Numbered from the stretch's first letter, positions 1-13,707 are shown. The stretch: 64,000 nt of DNA from Antedon mediterranea (GCF_964355755.1 NC_092672.1:27596437-27660436), one strand, 5' to 3'. Program-made: numbers and translations. The notes: generated from the letters alone by a model not told the origin.

Positions 1-662
1 AATTCAAGTTTTTTTATTTTATGTTTCTATTTAAGGACAATATTATTCTACTGCAGTTACTGCATTAACCTATTTATGCAATTATTTAGCAAGGTTATTT
101 CGCTATTATCATACTCACTGTTTATTGCATAAAACTGAAATGAAAATAATTATTTCAGTAAAAATAATGTAGTTTGATGCAGTAGAATAAGTTTGAAATA
201 ATCCATATTCCCATAATAAAATTACTATACTCCCAATAGTAAGGTTTAGAACATTTAACAGAGAAGTCAATGGATTGGTGTAAACAAATTGTGGACGGCA
301 TTTTCTGTTAACGTGAGGTTTCTTGGGTGGGTTATTAAAATCAGACTACGAAGGCCTACAAATGTTTTAAGGTGGGTAGAAAACTTTAAAGGTGGGTGTA
401 CCTGCATGATTTAAAATATAAACCATATATGTCCAAGTATATTGTATTGGCAAAAATTAGGGAGTGGAATTATACCATAGAGATATTATATATAGTGTTC
501 ACTATAATATCTCTATGATTAAACACAGATAGAATTATCTCTATGATTAAACACAGATAGAATTGACCAAAGTCTTTTGTCCATATTCACTCTAGATTAC
601 TTAGAGGGTAGAATTATGATTGAGTATGAGATATACGGTTGAGTGATGGCTGAAACGGAATT

Positions 663-3600
663 CTAATCCATCTTGAAGTTGATCAGTTTGCCAGATTTGA
701 GAGATTCTTCGCATGACTCGGCCAGACGAGTTACCAATAAACATTGTTCTTCAGTGACGTCTAAGGAAGCCTCAAATCCTGTAAAATAAAAACAATTAAA
801 ATCAATGACATAAATGCTTTGTTTAACCCCCGGCCAAATATACTTTAATACCCTTTCACATCTGCATAAATTGTTACTTGTATAACAACTTGTAAACCAG
901 GTTTGATCTCTCGATTTATTACACATTTCATACAAACAAAGGCGAAACCCTGAGAAATCTCGGATGGAAAGCGTAGTTGTGATTAGTACTGTATAAGCAG
1001 TTTAATACCACCAGGGCAATACATGAGCGTGCAGTAAGAACTCGGAACAAAAACAGCCCTTTAAATCAGTATGTTTTTCTCAAGAATTCACAGAGATCTC
1101 CTGTGAAATCTCTGGAGATTTCTTACAAAATTGTATTCACACATATGCAAACCCGTTATTAGAGCCCATTCGTAATTTAAAGTGTGGAAAACCTCTAGTA
1201 CTTTACAATTTACACATGTTAACAAACACACACACGCACCCAAACACATGTGTAAAAAAACCAAACTCACGAGGTGGATTTTTCAATTAAACCTTAACCA
1301 CAAGCTGATGTTTGCTCCCGACTGCGTAAAATCAAACCTACAGTAATTTGATTTCCCGTATTTGCAGCACAGTTGGGTTGTCGGTTCCTATGCAATACAA
1401 AACTTTGGGTTGAGAGGTCGCTGCATTTTGTCGCGTTGCATTCTAGTGTGAACCACGCTTTACAGAATCTTTTTGTAAATTGTTTTTTTACTGTACCTTG
1501 TAATACATTTAAAAAGTGTTCAAATTCGAGAATGTATGAATCCTTATAACGAGTTGGAAAGGAACGTTGAATCGCACCATTGCACAGTCCACGTTCATTA
1601 TTGATGCTTACGGACGTCGGATACTGATTCACAGTTTGCAGCATGCCTTTAGAGCCGAATACCTGAGAAAAACATGACATAGTGTTTAAAATGCAAGTAT
1701 AGACTGTCACAAACTCCCTTTACGTATGTTTCCGAGCGGATGAAAATACCTTAGGAACTCCTTTGTGACATAAAAGTATACACACAAAATCCACAAAGTT
1801 GTAAAATAACTAAAAACAAAGCTTTAATTTCATTCAACTTCAACTTTCAACAATCCAGTAAGCACTTTCAACAATAGCTTCACAATAACTTTTACAATCG
1901 AATATCCAACCTCTAATATCCAACAACCTTCTTCAAAATAAATGCTTCAATCAAAAATCCTTCTCCCTTCTTACAACTGTCATACTTCCTCTTATATACA
2001 ATATGTTCATAACCTTCTAGATAATCCTTATACTTCTTATTCTATTGGATTACAGTTTCTATTAATAGCACTTCTAGAATGTTCCTGATTGTTCTTATTA
2101 ATTCTACATGGTTTCTTAAATAAAAACATCTTATTCTAGAATGTTCATATTAAGGAATGGTAATTTATTACACATAGTAGTACATAACGCAACATCCCGC
2201 ATGGGCACAAAGAACCAGACATACAGTATGACATAGCTTGGTCATCGCAATTTAGAAGCTCTCTTTACAGTAGGATGCTATCTGTGCAATTATATATATA
2301 TATATAACTTTTTTTTATTTACAATCTCAGATAATACAAAGTACATGCAAAATTAATTGAAGTTGTGAACGGGGTTAAGCTGTAAGCTAATGCTTTAGAC
2401 GCAAAGCCCCTTAAAACAAACAAAAACAGTACAATGTACCATATTAATTGTAACGAAAAAAATACTAACAATAGAAATAATGCAGTGATAATAACAAATC
2501 AAATGTCGAGAGAAAATGAATTAACCAGTAGCTTAAAATTAAAAAATTATACTGCAATGAACTAATACTTATTTATAGAGCATCAACCCTGTGGAATAAT
2601 TTTTCTGTACATATATCCAAAAATCATGATGAACTCAAGCTATGTGTACACTATCAAAGTTGGCAAAATAATATGGACATCATATCACTACCATAATTTG
2701 GACACATCACACCCTTTTTGTTAAACTAGTTGATAGTGAAGAGCTTTAATCTAAAATCTAATCTCGTGGAATTTAAAAATATTTATAATTTCTATTGATT
2801 TTACATAGTTTTTATTTTTACTAAAATATTATTTAATTTTATTTTTCCATTTTAAATCTTGGTAGACCAGTACGTTAATGTATTGAAAGAGCTTTTCTAG
2901 AATAAAGAAATATTTGTATTGTACTGCAAAACTCTAAAAAAAAATTGTAATATTCGAATAGGCAGACAGGTGTTTTATTGTTTTTACTGAATTAAAAAAA
3001 TTACCAAGATTTAAATATTATTTTTTCATATTATATTTTATAGAAATTTATAAATATTTGTGTTTTTATGGCATTTAATTAAAAACAATATTTAGATTAT
3101 TATAAGTATTTTTAATGACAAGGATTAATTATTGTTTTAATACCATATTTTATTTAATTTTATAGATATTTTAGTGTCATTTAACCAAAACACACAAAAA
3201 ACAAATTATTATGATACGTAATTTCTGAGGACATGGTATTTAAATGAAATTTAATTGAAAATTGAATGGAATTTTTTTCTAGCCTGCACCTTGGACACCA
3301 CATGAAGCTAAATGTTTTTGTTTTTCACATAATGGATTTATCTAATCATGTTTTCATGTCAAAGGTCTAATTAATAAGGCTCCTTACCTCAAGTCTTTGA
3401 TCATACCCATAATACGCATTACGGTTTAGATCGATTTGAGCAATAGCACCACTCGGAAATTTCATCATTATTCCGACTTGATCGACATCATTGAGGGCGC
3501 TTATCTCGGGAATAAATGAATGAGCTTGACACACTATGGTAGAGGGAGCTTCACCCATAATCCAGCATATCATATCCATATCGTGTGTGGCACAGTCGTG

Positions 3601-6547
3601 GAATATACCACCTATTACAACAAAATGTGTTCAATGTAAACAAATTGGAATTCTCTAATCACTAGAGAAAACTTTACTAAAAAATTGTTTCTTAAAAGTA
3701 TGTATACCTTCTTTGAAACCATGTATCAGATAAACTTAATGCATTGTGAATATTATAATGAATATTAGGGTAAAGTTCAGCATTATTTTTCAATTTGCCA
3801 GCCCTTCTACACAATTTCACTCTTCCCACTATCTTTCCTCTCCAATTCTGTCAGGGAGCAAAAACAGAATACATTGAAAGCCTAATTATCTTATACTTAG
3901 AGAGTGAGGATCTGGTAGGTGAAAAAAATGGCAGCATAACTATTATGTCACCACCAAGTTTTTAATTAACCTTCACATTTGAGTAGAGTTGTAATGCATT
4001 ATCATCAGCTAACAACAGATTTTCAGCTGTTTCTATTATGCTAAAGCCAGGAAAAAAAATGTAACCACAATAAATAATACTTTAATAGCTAACCTGAAAT
4101 TTTTAGAAAGGCGGTGCTTGGCTGAGGATGGTCTCTACTTGTAGTTTTAATAGATCTAACTTGTCCTATTTCACCAGATTTTACACGTGTGTAAATTTCT
4201 CGCATTGATGGATCATACCGTCTGAAATTGTATAAATAATAATACTGTAGTTTTAATAATAATTAATTCATTTTTATTCAGTGGTTACACTAAGCAATAA
4301 TAATAGGCATAAATGCAATCAACATACTATACACGTGTGCTTCTTTTTACACAATACAATTACATCAATAAGTAGGGCAAACATTTGACCTGTACAAATG
4401 TATAGGCTTCTATATACATTTACGTAAGGGCACAATTTGGTAAATCGCGCATTAATTCTAGAATGTTTACTCGATGGTATATATAAGTTAGTTCGTACGT
4501 TCGCCACTGATTTTAACAACCTAATGTAAGCCTGTTTACTAATTAAGTTGAGTTAGATAATTAGTTATTGACGATTAAAACAAATTGAGGCTCGACGATT
4601 AAAACAAATTGAGGCTCAACGATTTGCCCCAAATAGGGGTGTTTTCCGATCGTGGTTTACACTGTCTTATGGATGTCGATGCTGAAAAATACCTGCACAC
4701 AATACTACGAGGATGCTTCGCATTTAGCTATCTCCTTCTACGATAATTGTTTTTAATAGCTGAAAATTGGTTAAACAGCTCGAGTACAGAATCATAATAT
4801 AAATATTGAAGACAAGCCGATTTTCTTTTAAAAAATACTATTTTGATAGATTTAATATACGTTTTTATATAACACCTAAATAAATTCCTGTCATTTGATT
4901 GGATGAATGTGGGTCACATGGTGTGCAATAGTACGCACTATTAAACGATCGTTTAATAGTACAGTACTTTTTTTTGTGTACGAAAAAAAATATATATATT
5001 TTGTACTTTCGCCGCGATTTGAATGTTATGACTGGTTTAGCGATGAAAGTACATTTTTGGAGCGATATATATATACTAATATTATTACCTGTTAAGAGCA
5101 CAGTATAACAACTTTCCACACTCCCTAGCAGCTGCGTAACATGTTCGTACCACCTCTTCTTCTATTGCAATTGGTTTTTCACAAAACACAGCCTTTCCTG
5201 TGAAAGATATTGTGAAACATTTTGACATTTTTAGTGACACCAAAACATTTGCAAGAGCTGCTTAGAAAGAAGTCAACACGTCACCAATTGTAAAATAATT
5301 AACAAAAAGCTGACTTTATATTACATTGGAAATGGAAAATATTCTATAAATTTGTTCCGTCTCTGTACAGTTCATTTCTGTATAGGAGAATACATAATAT
5401 GATCATGTGTATGTAAGAGTGATTTGTAAATTTTGAGTTCTTTTTAAAATAAATTCTATTGAGTCAATGTCATCATGCGCATTCTTGACAAACATGCTGC
5501 GTAGTTATATCATGAAACAAAGGTCGATATTGCAGCCAGTTTATTAAATCAATGACTCGTAGTCGTACAGTACCTTCTTTTAAAGCTGCTAGAATGATAT
5601 CTGAATGATAGGCTGTTGGTGTACACACAATAACAACTTCCACACTAACAATATAAAAACATAAATTAATTCTACTACTACAACAAATAAGTAGAGCTAT
5701 TTGTATTGTCATTTATCAAACCAATAGGTAGGACTTTTGTAGGGGTTCTCTTTGTGAAAAATCGACATAACTAGAGGCCTATTTACCACTTCTAGAATCT
5801 AGTTTGAAAGAAACCAGCACATCAGCATTTTTTTTTTTTTTATTTATTTTATTTATTCAACTTCTCACTAACACTGTTAGTGAAGGATCGGGACCAACAG
5901 GTGGTAAACACCTCTAAAAACGGTCCAGTCCCAATTGCACAGTGGCTGTGTGTGACAGTGGCTGTGTTTGTGTGCCCGTACATTTCTCTGGAATAATGAA
6001 AAGTGTTTCCAAAAATCTATAAGTTACAAATAACAATCAATGGTGCCATACACATTATAGACAAATATTTTAAAGTCTCTGTCTAGTACACTATCAAATT
6101 GTTTGACAAAAAAAGTGTGATGTGCCCAAATATGGTAGTGATGCTTAAATATGGTAGTGATATGTCAATATTATGGGTACATCACTTTTGTTTGTCACAT
6201 AAAGTTAGACAGAGCTTAATAAGACACTGTATACCTACTGGGAGGTCTTAAAAGAGCTTCCTTGCATACAATTGCTCCTTATCATGGCATCGGATGGTAA
6301 GTTCACCCCCGCAGAAGAAAACAAATTACCTCTTGTCCTGAAATGCTTTCATAGAATCATCTGCCTTTACTATTTGCACCGAGTCTGTCAAGAAGCAATC
6401 ATTCCTTATCTTAATAGCTTTCTCAAGATCTTCTTCAACAATCCATTTTAAACACACCCTTGGATTACGGACAGCATTCTGTATGTGGATCATTCCGGCC
6501 CTTCCAAGACCGAAAATCGCAAGACCAATCTTATGAGGTTTTGACAT
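663..6547 (-). CDS. Gfo/Idh/MocA family NAD(P)-dependent oxidoreductase (myo-inositol 2-dehydrogenase/IolG-like), 7 coding exons, 343 aa
   Basis: Exons on the minus strand: 6547-6330, 5644-5574, 5197-5089, 4221-4094, 3611-3388, 1662-1497, 778-663. All introns are GT-AG with matching phases, total 1032 nt = 343 aa + stop. Motifs: Rossmann GLAIFGLGRAG, VCTPT..H, GKAVFCEKP, NRRYDP, SRD, GGIFHDCATHDMD, YGYDQRLEVFGSKG. Confidence 0.92.
1764..2172. mobile_element. Possible solo LTR in intron 5 of the oxidoreductase
   Basis: TG...CA-bounded block of about 410 bp with internal short repeats, a TATA-like run and two TTCTAGAATGTTC motifs. No target-site duplication found. Confidence 0.3.
2645..2745. 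repeat. Short dispersed repeat, with a second copy inverted at about 6085-6217
   Basis: catatcactaccata..ttggacacatcacaccctttttgttaaac here matches the reverse complement of gtttgacaaaaaaagtgtgatgtgcccaaatatggtagtgat at about 6100-6165. Confidence 0.6.
4418..4825 (+). repeat. Dispersed repeat, with a second copy at about 26750-27335
   Basis: tttacgtaagggca..ggtaaatcgcgc..ttctagaatgtttactcgatggtatata..gatttgcccc..gaagacaagccgatttt occurs in both places. Confidence 0.7.
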
Positions 6548-6769
6548 GTTTAGTGTATGATTCAGTGTAGGTATGCAGAACAGTATACTTTCACTGGATG
6601 CTATGGAAACAAAATAATTTAATGACATTGCTTTTTATAATATTCAGTTATTAACACCTTTTTTTACAGGTCACATTTTGCAAAAGAAAAAACTCATGAA
6701 ATGAAAATGTTCTCTGTTGAGTGTCATGATCATTTTGACTGCTGGTTTGTATTGTACAGTAATGGTAAA

Positions 6770-7035
6770 CAGATGATCGGGGGCCAAGGACGATCTGGGA
6801 GGCCAAGGACGATCGGGGCCAAGGACGATCGGGGGGGCCCAAAGGACGATCAGGAGCCAAGGACGATCGGGGGCCACGAACAATCGGGGCCATCCTAGAG
6901 ATGATTAGGTCCCATTTTTTTATGTGCCCGATCGTTTATACGTTTGGCCTGATGATTGTCTTAGACGTTGGGCCCAATAGTCTTAATCGTTGGGCCCGAT
7001 AGTCTTAACATTGGGCCCGATAGCCAAGTGTATCG
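6770..7035. repeat. GC-rich minisatellite (about 18-19 bp unit ggccaaggacgatcggg) followed by gggcccgatagtctta repeats
   Basis: Tandem copies are directly visible. The overlapping ORFs are repeat artefacts. Confidence 0.75.
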
Positions 7036-8195
7036 TTTGTAAATGTGTTCCATTACAGTTTATTATTGAGTTCTCGGCAAACAATGTTTATAATATTAAA
7101 TGGTATTGGTAGCCATTATGTGCGATTAAAAAAGATATGATAGAAAATTATTAGATTAGTAAAGGTGGCGTAAGCTAAAAAAAACCAACATTTTGTCATT
7201 TGGTAGCTGTATATCATTCTGTGTCTACTAAACCAATTGTTTGGCAGAGAGAGTACCTTGGCCCAGATCGCCTGTTTTAATCTGTAATGCCTTTCTAATG
7301 AGTAGGCCTAGAAAAGCATTAAGTTGACTTAGGCCTAACTCAAAGGGACAACTTTAAAAATTATGTTTAACATAAAGATATCTAACATAGTGCATAATAT
7401 TTTATTATGCTATAAAATTTTATAAATGTGATGTTGGTTTAAGGCTATACAGCTTTTTGTACACTGGTGAAATTATAATAGTACTCCCTTTACTATTATA
7501 CTATTCTATAGCCTATAGTATAGGGGTTATATCTAGGTAGTTTTATAAGTAGGCCATTTCTTTCCGTAATCTTGGCCCTGCTCGTAGACCTTGGCCAGGC
7601 TATACAGTAGGTCTATAACTTGTGTCCCTAATTAGTGTAGTAGCCTAGCCTAGGCTAGTAGTAGTATTCAGTTTAGTTAGGCCTAGATCAGAGAATTATA
7701 ATAAGCTGAAGGCTACAGGGCATACTCCAGACTGAAAAGTGATTCCAACAGTAGGTGGAACCATGCAAGATGGCGGCAGTAAATATATATAAATAAGAAT
7801 AAAATACGAAATATAATAATAAAGATTGCGCCAAACATACGCTTGCCATGTAATACATGTTCATTTATCTGAATAAACTTTTAAAATTAGAAAAAATGCA
7901 AGTTTTAAAATTGATTTTTTATAAACTTGAAATTAGACACTAACTGAAGAATGTGTTCAAAAACATTATTTAATATAAAAAATAATAATCTAACATTAAG
8001 ACCACACATATTCTTGTTAAAGCACAGTGAAGTTTTTAAAAAATTAAATCATTTCTTGGTAAATCTAGCATTTTTTGTATATGAGGATCATAGAATGCAT
8101 TTATTATGCTTAACACGCTGCGTTGCGTATCGTTCTCACAACGGTCACTCAGATAGGCTCAACACAGGCGTTTAGGCCTAATTAGTAGTAGTGCG

Positions 8196-10432
8196 CAAGC
8201 CCGTAGCCAGGATTTTTACAGGGGGTTCTTTTTTCCCAAAAAAGGCCCCTCTTATGGGAATTACCTCCGGTGTAACCAGCTTATATGATTTAATATCAAA
8301 CGATCAAAACACCAATGATATTGGTCACCAGCCACAAAAGCACCTCCTCTCCTAAGAGTTTCCTGCCCCAGGACCTTGGCCTCATCATGGTTGGGGCTTA
8401 GGTAAGAAAAATTGGAAAAGATAGAGCGCTACAGGGATGGTTGCAGACTCGCAGGACTATTTTAAGAGAATTGCCCAAAGACTCCAGTGCTGTACAGGGA
8501 ATAATTTCGCCAGTGTAGCATAGCAAAAAGCTATACAAAACAACCTTATTGCTATACATTTCTAAAATTGCTTAGCAAAAAATACAATAGAAAACTATGT
8601 TTCTTGACTCAAAAATCAGTTTAATTAGCAATAATGCTAAACAAAATTTTAAAATGAAATGTTTCTCTGCTGTAGACAATGAGCATTTGAGCAAGAAAAT
8701 TGTTAAATGACACCCCTACATGGTACTCTCGCACGTAAAATTCATTGCACCTCTAGTTCGACGGAAATGTCACTCACTCTATAGTGCGCTAGCAAACAGA
8801 GGATCGTATCGTAATGTTATTCGACCGGTAATAAAACATACGCAACTAACAATAGGCCTATAGGATAACATTTTTGTTTTCGTTCAATGCGAACGTCAAG
8901 GGGAAGTTGGTTCCCGATGAAGGTACTTCTGGTACGGTATTACATTCTAATAACTGTACTCAATTATTGTAAATTTATTAGCAATTAATAATTTCAAAAA
9001 GTTATACAAAAAAATATGAAGCTGCTGCTATAAATATATTGCGCAAAACGTTAAATTGTGTTATTTTCAATTAAATGCTAAATAAAGTCAGATGTTAAAA
9101 CCACAATTTCAAAAATTCATTTTTTATTTATCCACTATAAACTTTAAATAAGTGTTGTTTAAACTACACTCCAAAATAAAACAAAGAAAATGATGATATG
9201 ACATTTGCAGAAGGAAGCAAACTTTGCTCTGCTACCGGTATAACACGGTTCAAATTTCGGAACTTCCATAAATTCCTACGGAAATTCGGCCTAATATTTA
9301 CGGACGTATGGAAGTGAAGATAAATAGGGTACTACACACATCGGAAAAAAAACTATACGCACAATTATGATTTGGCCTAAAAATTGGCCTCAGATTATGG
9401 AAAACCCCCGGCAAAACGCAATAATTATGGACAAATCGATTATCAGCCTTGGTAATATGCCTAATATTTAAAAGGAATGAATATAAGCTATATTTTTGTT
9501 TTGTCGCAAAGTTCATATGTGAATGCTTGATCCATTAGAGGTAATCTGTGATAGTTTTTATTGCTTGTATTATAACACAAGTTCATTTTGGATTTTCAGT
9601 AAATTACCAATGGTTTATTTAAGGTCAACACACCTCACTATTCATAAAATGGATTGTGTGATATCAAAATGGGTTGATTTAAAACGTAACAAAGATACGA
9701 CCTTGTCTGGTATTTATGCAGTGATGAAGCGGAGGATTGTTTTAGTAGCGTTCCATTTAAAATAATCTTTTTTTGTGAAATATTTTAGTTGTGAAGGTCA
9801 CTAAATTCGTTGGCGCCAGACTTACTTCTTTTACCAATTTTAACAATAAGCTAACAACAAAACATTGAACAATGATAAAATGCCGTAAAACTCTGTAACT
9901 ACTTTATGATTAAGTCTATCAAGTTCCGAGTTTGCTCAGCTACCGACGCGGTACAATAATTCTCTGTTAATTCTGAAATTCGCCCTAATATTACGGACGG
10001 GAATAATTTCGCCAGTGTAGCATAGCAAAAAGCTATACAAAACTATATAACCATATTACACACCACAAGTGGCGAACGTCCCCTACGAAAAGCAACACGT
10101 GCGCAGTGTAACTAAAATGAACTAACTTTTTTTGCGGGGCTAATACTAAAGTCAGAGACGGCAAATAATGTAAAATCACGAATTTTCTTTGTAAAAAAAA
10201 TTGAAAATTGAAAATACACTGGAAACGGCAGGATTTTACTAGCCTAGCTATTGTATGATACGATCTTGCTATTTAGTAATAAAAGTAACATTTGCCTGCT
10301 GGCTATACTACAGAAAATGCAAAAAATCCTCATATGGGCTAGGCCTATGCCTAGGCTAGTCTGGTTTGAAAGGGCACTTCAGGAAAAAGGGGGTTCGTTC
10401 CAACCCTACGAACCCCCCTGGCTACGGGCTTG
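8196..10432. mobile_element. Non-autonomous TIR DNA element with 5-bp target-site duplication
   Basis: Termini CAAGCCCGTAGCCAGG / CCTGGCTACGGGCTTG, with gtgcg on both flanks (8191-8195, 10433-10437). Internal 45-bp direct repeat at about 8497 and 9998. No transposase. Confidence 0.7.
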
Positions 10433-10594
10433 GTGCGTACTGCGTAGGGCATATCTGATTGGTTGATTGCAGCCGTGATCTTGTTGGTTCCCTCTCCATG
10501 AAGAATCACTTTTTGAACTGCGGTAACATTGGAGCAATCTAGCCTTCACCTATAAAGTCTTTGGCCTAATATAGGCTAGACCAAAGTTAGAGCC

Positions 10595-11098
10595 GGTTTA
10601 CGATGAATTCGGTCGCGTCTGAAATCGGTCGCGTTTGAAATCGGTCGCGATAAAATCAACTTCCGGTATTTTGTATGGCGCGCCGCTAGAGCTATACTTT
10701 TGATGATATCGGTCGCGTTTGAAATCGGTTGCGTTTGAATATTATATATAATATTGGCCATTTTGAAAAGACACAGTCCTTCTCCAAGACCTGTGAAATA
10801 CAAAAAAAAAATTAATTTAATGATTGATAATAAATATTTATTAACCAAGTAAAAAATATCCACATAAATAATCTAGTTCCTAAAAAATATCAATTAACTA
10901 TATAAACGAAAAATGTATATCCCGCTCAGCATGCATCCCGCTCGATCCATACAAAATAGCGCGACCGATTTCAAACGCGACCGATATCATCAAAGGTACA
11001 GCTCTAGCAGCGCGCCATACAAAATACCGGAAGTTGATTTTATCGCGACCGATTTCAAACGCGACCGATTTCAAGCGCGACCGATTTCATCTGACACC
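10595..11098. mobile_element. Palindromic MITE with 8-bp TSD (Merlin-like structure)
   Basis: Inverted arms of about 140 bp built from aaatcggtcgcgttt repeats, termini GGT...ACC, and perfect TSD ttagagcc at 10587-10594 and 11099-11106. Confidence 0.8.
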
Positions 11099-11139
11099 TT
11101 AGAGCCTAGGCCTCTAGGCTTGGTTGCAGCCTAGAGATA

Positions 11140-11330
11140 GGGTCTACTACTAGGCCTAGCTAGGACAGGGCCTAGGCCTAGGCTAAGTACATTATTGGCC
11201 TCTAAAGTCTAATAAGGGCTAGCTAGGGCTAGCTAGCCTAGGCCTAGCTAGGCTAGGCTGTAGGCCTAGGCCTATAGCCTCTACTAGCTAGTAGTAGAGG
11301 CCTAGCCCTAGCCTGGCCCTGGTAGGCTAC
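11140..11330. repeat. Low-complexity (TAGGCC/CTAG)n tract
   Basis: Degenerate ggcctaggctag repeats are directly visible. Confidence 0.7.
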
Positions 11331-11879
11331 ATCATTCATCTAAGTTCTGAGTGTTCCACATTTACAACCTAAACATTACACAGATACAATTTTACATTTT
11401 TTTTTTACTTACGCAACACCAGTCACGGTTGGGTTTTTTGTGTGTGGTTTGTTTACTTTTAGGGCCTAGGCCTAGGCCTAACTGTATTAATTTCTTTTGA
11501 TAAAAGTTCGCGTGTGAACGACGTGTGTCAGTTGTTTCAATAGAGAGGGCGACCTTATTATTGATTGACAAAAAAACATGTCAAAATTATTCTAGGGCTT
11601 ACTGCAGTTACTGCAGTAACTACAATAACGTATGCATTAAATGTTGGCATGGCTTCTTTATGTCACTGTTCTATGGCACGCCAGGACGGACATAAACTAT
11701 GACAACGTGTTGAGAGTCACATTAGAGCAGGAGCCCAGAGGGGTCAACCTAGCTGGAAAGTTAACCAATTTCTATATGCATGTGGCAATTATCTACGTAC
11801 ATATTAATGTATGGAAATGACAGTCTGGCGCGTTTCTTTTGGTGGGTGTGGCTAGGAGGGACATTGTAAAGGGTAAAAA

Positions 11880-12860
11880 AAATGAGCTAGATCAGCTGAA
11901 AAGTTAACCCCATGAAATATTTTGCAAATTGTTTGACATAGAGTGAAATATAAGGAATGGCCATTGCCAGACGATTTTAGTGGTGGGGGGTGCCTGCCAG
12001 ACCCCTACTTCTGGGGGGTCAAAAATGAGCTAGATCAGCTTAAAAGTTAACCCTCTGAAACTGGTGGGAAAATGTTCAATAAACTCATAATTATCATGAA
12101 TGACCATTGCCAGACATTTTCAGTGGTGGATTGTGCCCGCCAGACCCCGTCAAACACCCAACCCCCCAAAAATTGAGCTAGATCAGCTGAAAAGTTAACC
12201 CCATGAAATATTTTGCAAATTGTTTGACATAGAGTGAAATATAATCAATGAATATCGCCAGACGATTTTAGTGGTGGGGGGTGCCTGCCAGACCCCCATT
12301 TCTGGGGGGCCAAAAATGAGCTAGATCAGCTTAAAAGTTAACCCTCTGAAACTGGTGGGAACATCTTCAATAAACTCATAACTATCATGAATGACCATTG
12401 CCAGACATTTTCAGTGGTGGATTGTGCCCGCCAGACCCCGTCAAACACCCCACCCCCCAAAAAATGAGCTAGATCAGCTGAAAAGTTAACCCCGTGAAAT
12501 ATTTTGCAAATTGTTTGACATAGAGTGAAATAAAATGAATGGACATTGCCAGACGATTTTAGTGGTGGGGGTGCCTGCCAGACCCCCATTTCTGGAGGGC
12601 CAAAAATGAGCTAGATCAGCTTAAAAGTTAACCCTCTAAAACTGGTGGGAGAATGTTCAATGTACTCATAACTATTATGAATGACCATTGCCAGACATTT
12701 TCAGTGGTGTATTGTGCCCGCCAGACCCGTCAAACACCCCCACTCCCAAAAATGAGCTAGATCAGCTGAAAAGCTAGCTAACCTTTTAAAACATGCTGTA
12801 AAATGTTCAGCATGATCCCTAGTATAATAAATGACCATTGCTAGACATTTAAAGTGGTGG
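11880..12860 (+). repeat. Tandem repeat with a dimeric higher-order unit (about 291 bp = two related subunits of about 145 bp, about 3.3 copies)
   Basis: atgagctagatcagct(g/t)aaaagttaaccc recurs at about 11882, 12025, 12173, 12317, 12464, 12606 and 12752, with two body types alternating. Confidence 0.85.
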
Positions 12861-13042
12861 GTTACACACCGTTCGCTTGTTCGTGATTTCATGTGATAAC
12901 ATTTCATTCGACAACTTTTCAAACATTAGTTTTTGGCTCTGCTTACGTATATGTCAGTTGATATACTATTTTTTAATTTTCATACTTTCCATAGTCAGTT
13001 TTGTACATCATTCGCATTTACGCATGTAAAGTGTAGATATTC

Positions 13043-13600
13043 CACTCGACAAGTTTTAAAACGGTAGTTTTTTTTTTATTGTTAAATTGTAACTGTTGGC
13101 GCCGATTTTATATTGGGGGGGGGGGGGGGGGGAGGTGTTCGGTACTGAATGTGAACAGCACACATTTTTAAATATGGTACCTCTACATGTCCGGAAATTA
13201 CACTCTCTCAAAAAAGGTTTTTTTCCCCGTAGTGTGTAATATTAAATCAACCACAACCACAACCGTAAGATGAGAACATTTTAGGAACAATGGACATGTT
13301 AATTGTAACAGGCCCACAAGCTAAATTATATTATTTCATTCTGTTTTTTTTTTTATTATTTAAGTTTGTGATAATGTGTGTAACCAGGGAGATGTAAAAT
13401 AAATTTATAAATTAGTTTACATCTCCCTGTGTGTGTAACGTAGGCCTAGGCCTAAGTAAGTGTCATACAGTCGTAAAGTTGACATTCACCCCCCCCCCCC
13501 CCCCCCCCCGCCCCTCAATATTAAATCGGCGCCAACAGTTACAATTTAACAATAAAACAATAAATGTGCGAACAACTACCGTTTAAAACTTGTCGAGTGA
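13043..13600. mobile_element. Inverted-repeat (MITE-like) element with poly-G/poly-C inner ends
   Basis: cactcgacaagttttaaaacggtagtt..attgttaaattgtaactgttggcgccgattt..G-run is mirrored by C-run..aaatcggcgccaacagttacaatttaacaat..aactaccgtttaaaacttgtcgagtg. Confidence 0.7.
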
Positions 13601-13707
13601 CAACAACAACATTCATTTTTGTAATAGAACTACAGTACTAATATATATTTATCCTGTATCAGTTACTTTCCTTTAACATAATATTAGGAACCACCGAAAA
13701 AAAGTAC

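Noticed and set aside
6651-6898. Overlapping Pro/Arg-rich ORFs on both strands
   Set aside because: They are translations of a GC-rich minisatellite.
12338-12922. ORFs 12338-12589 and 12701-12922
   Set aside because: They lie inside the 291-bp tandem repeat and have no domain features.
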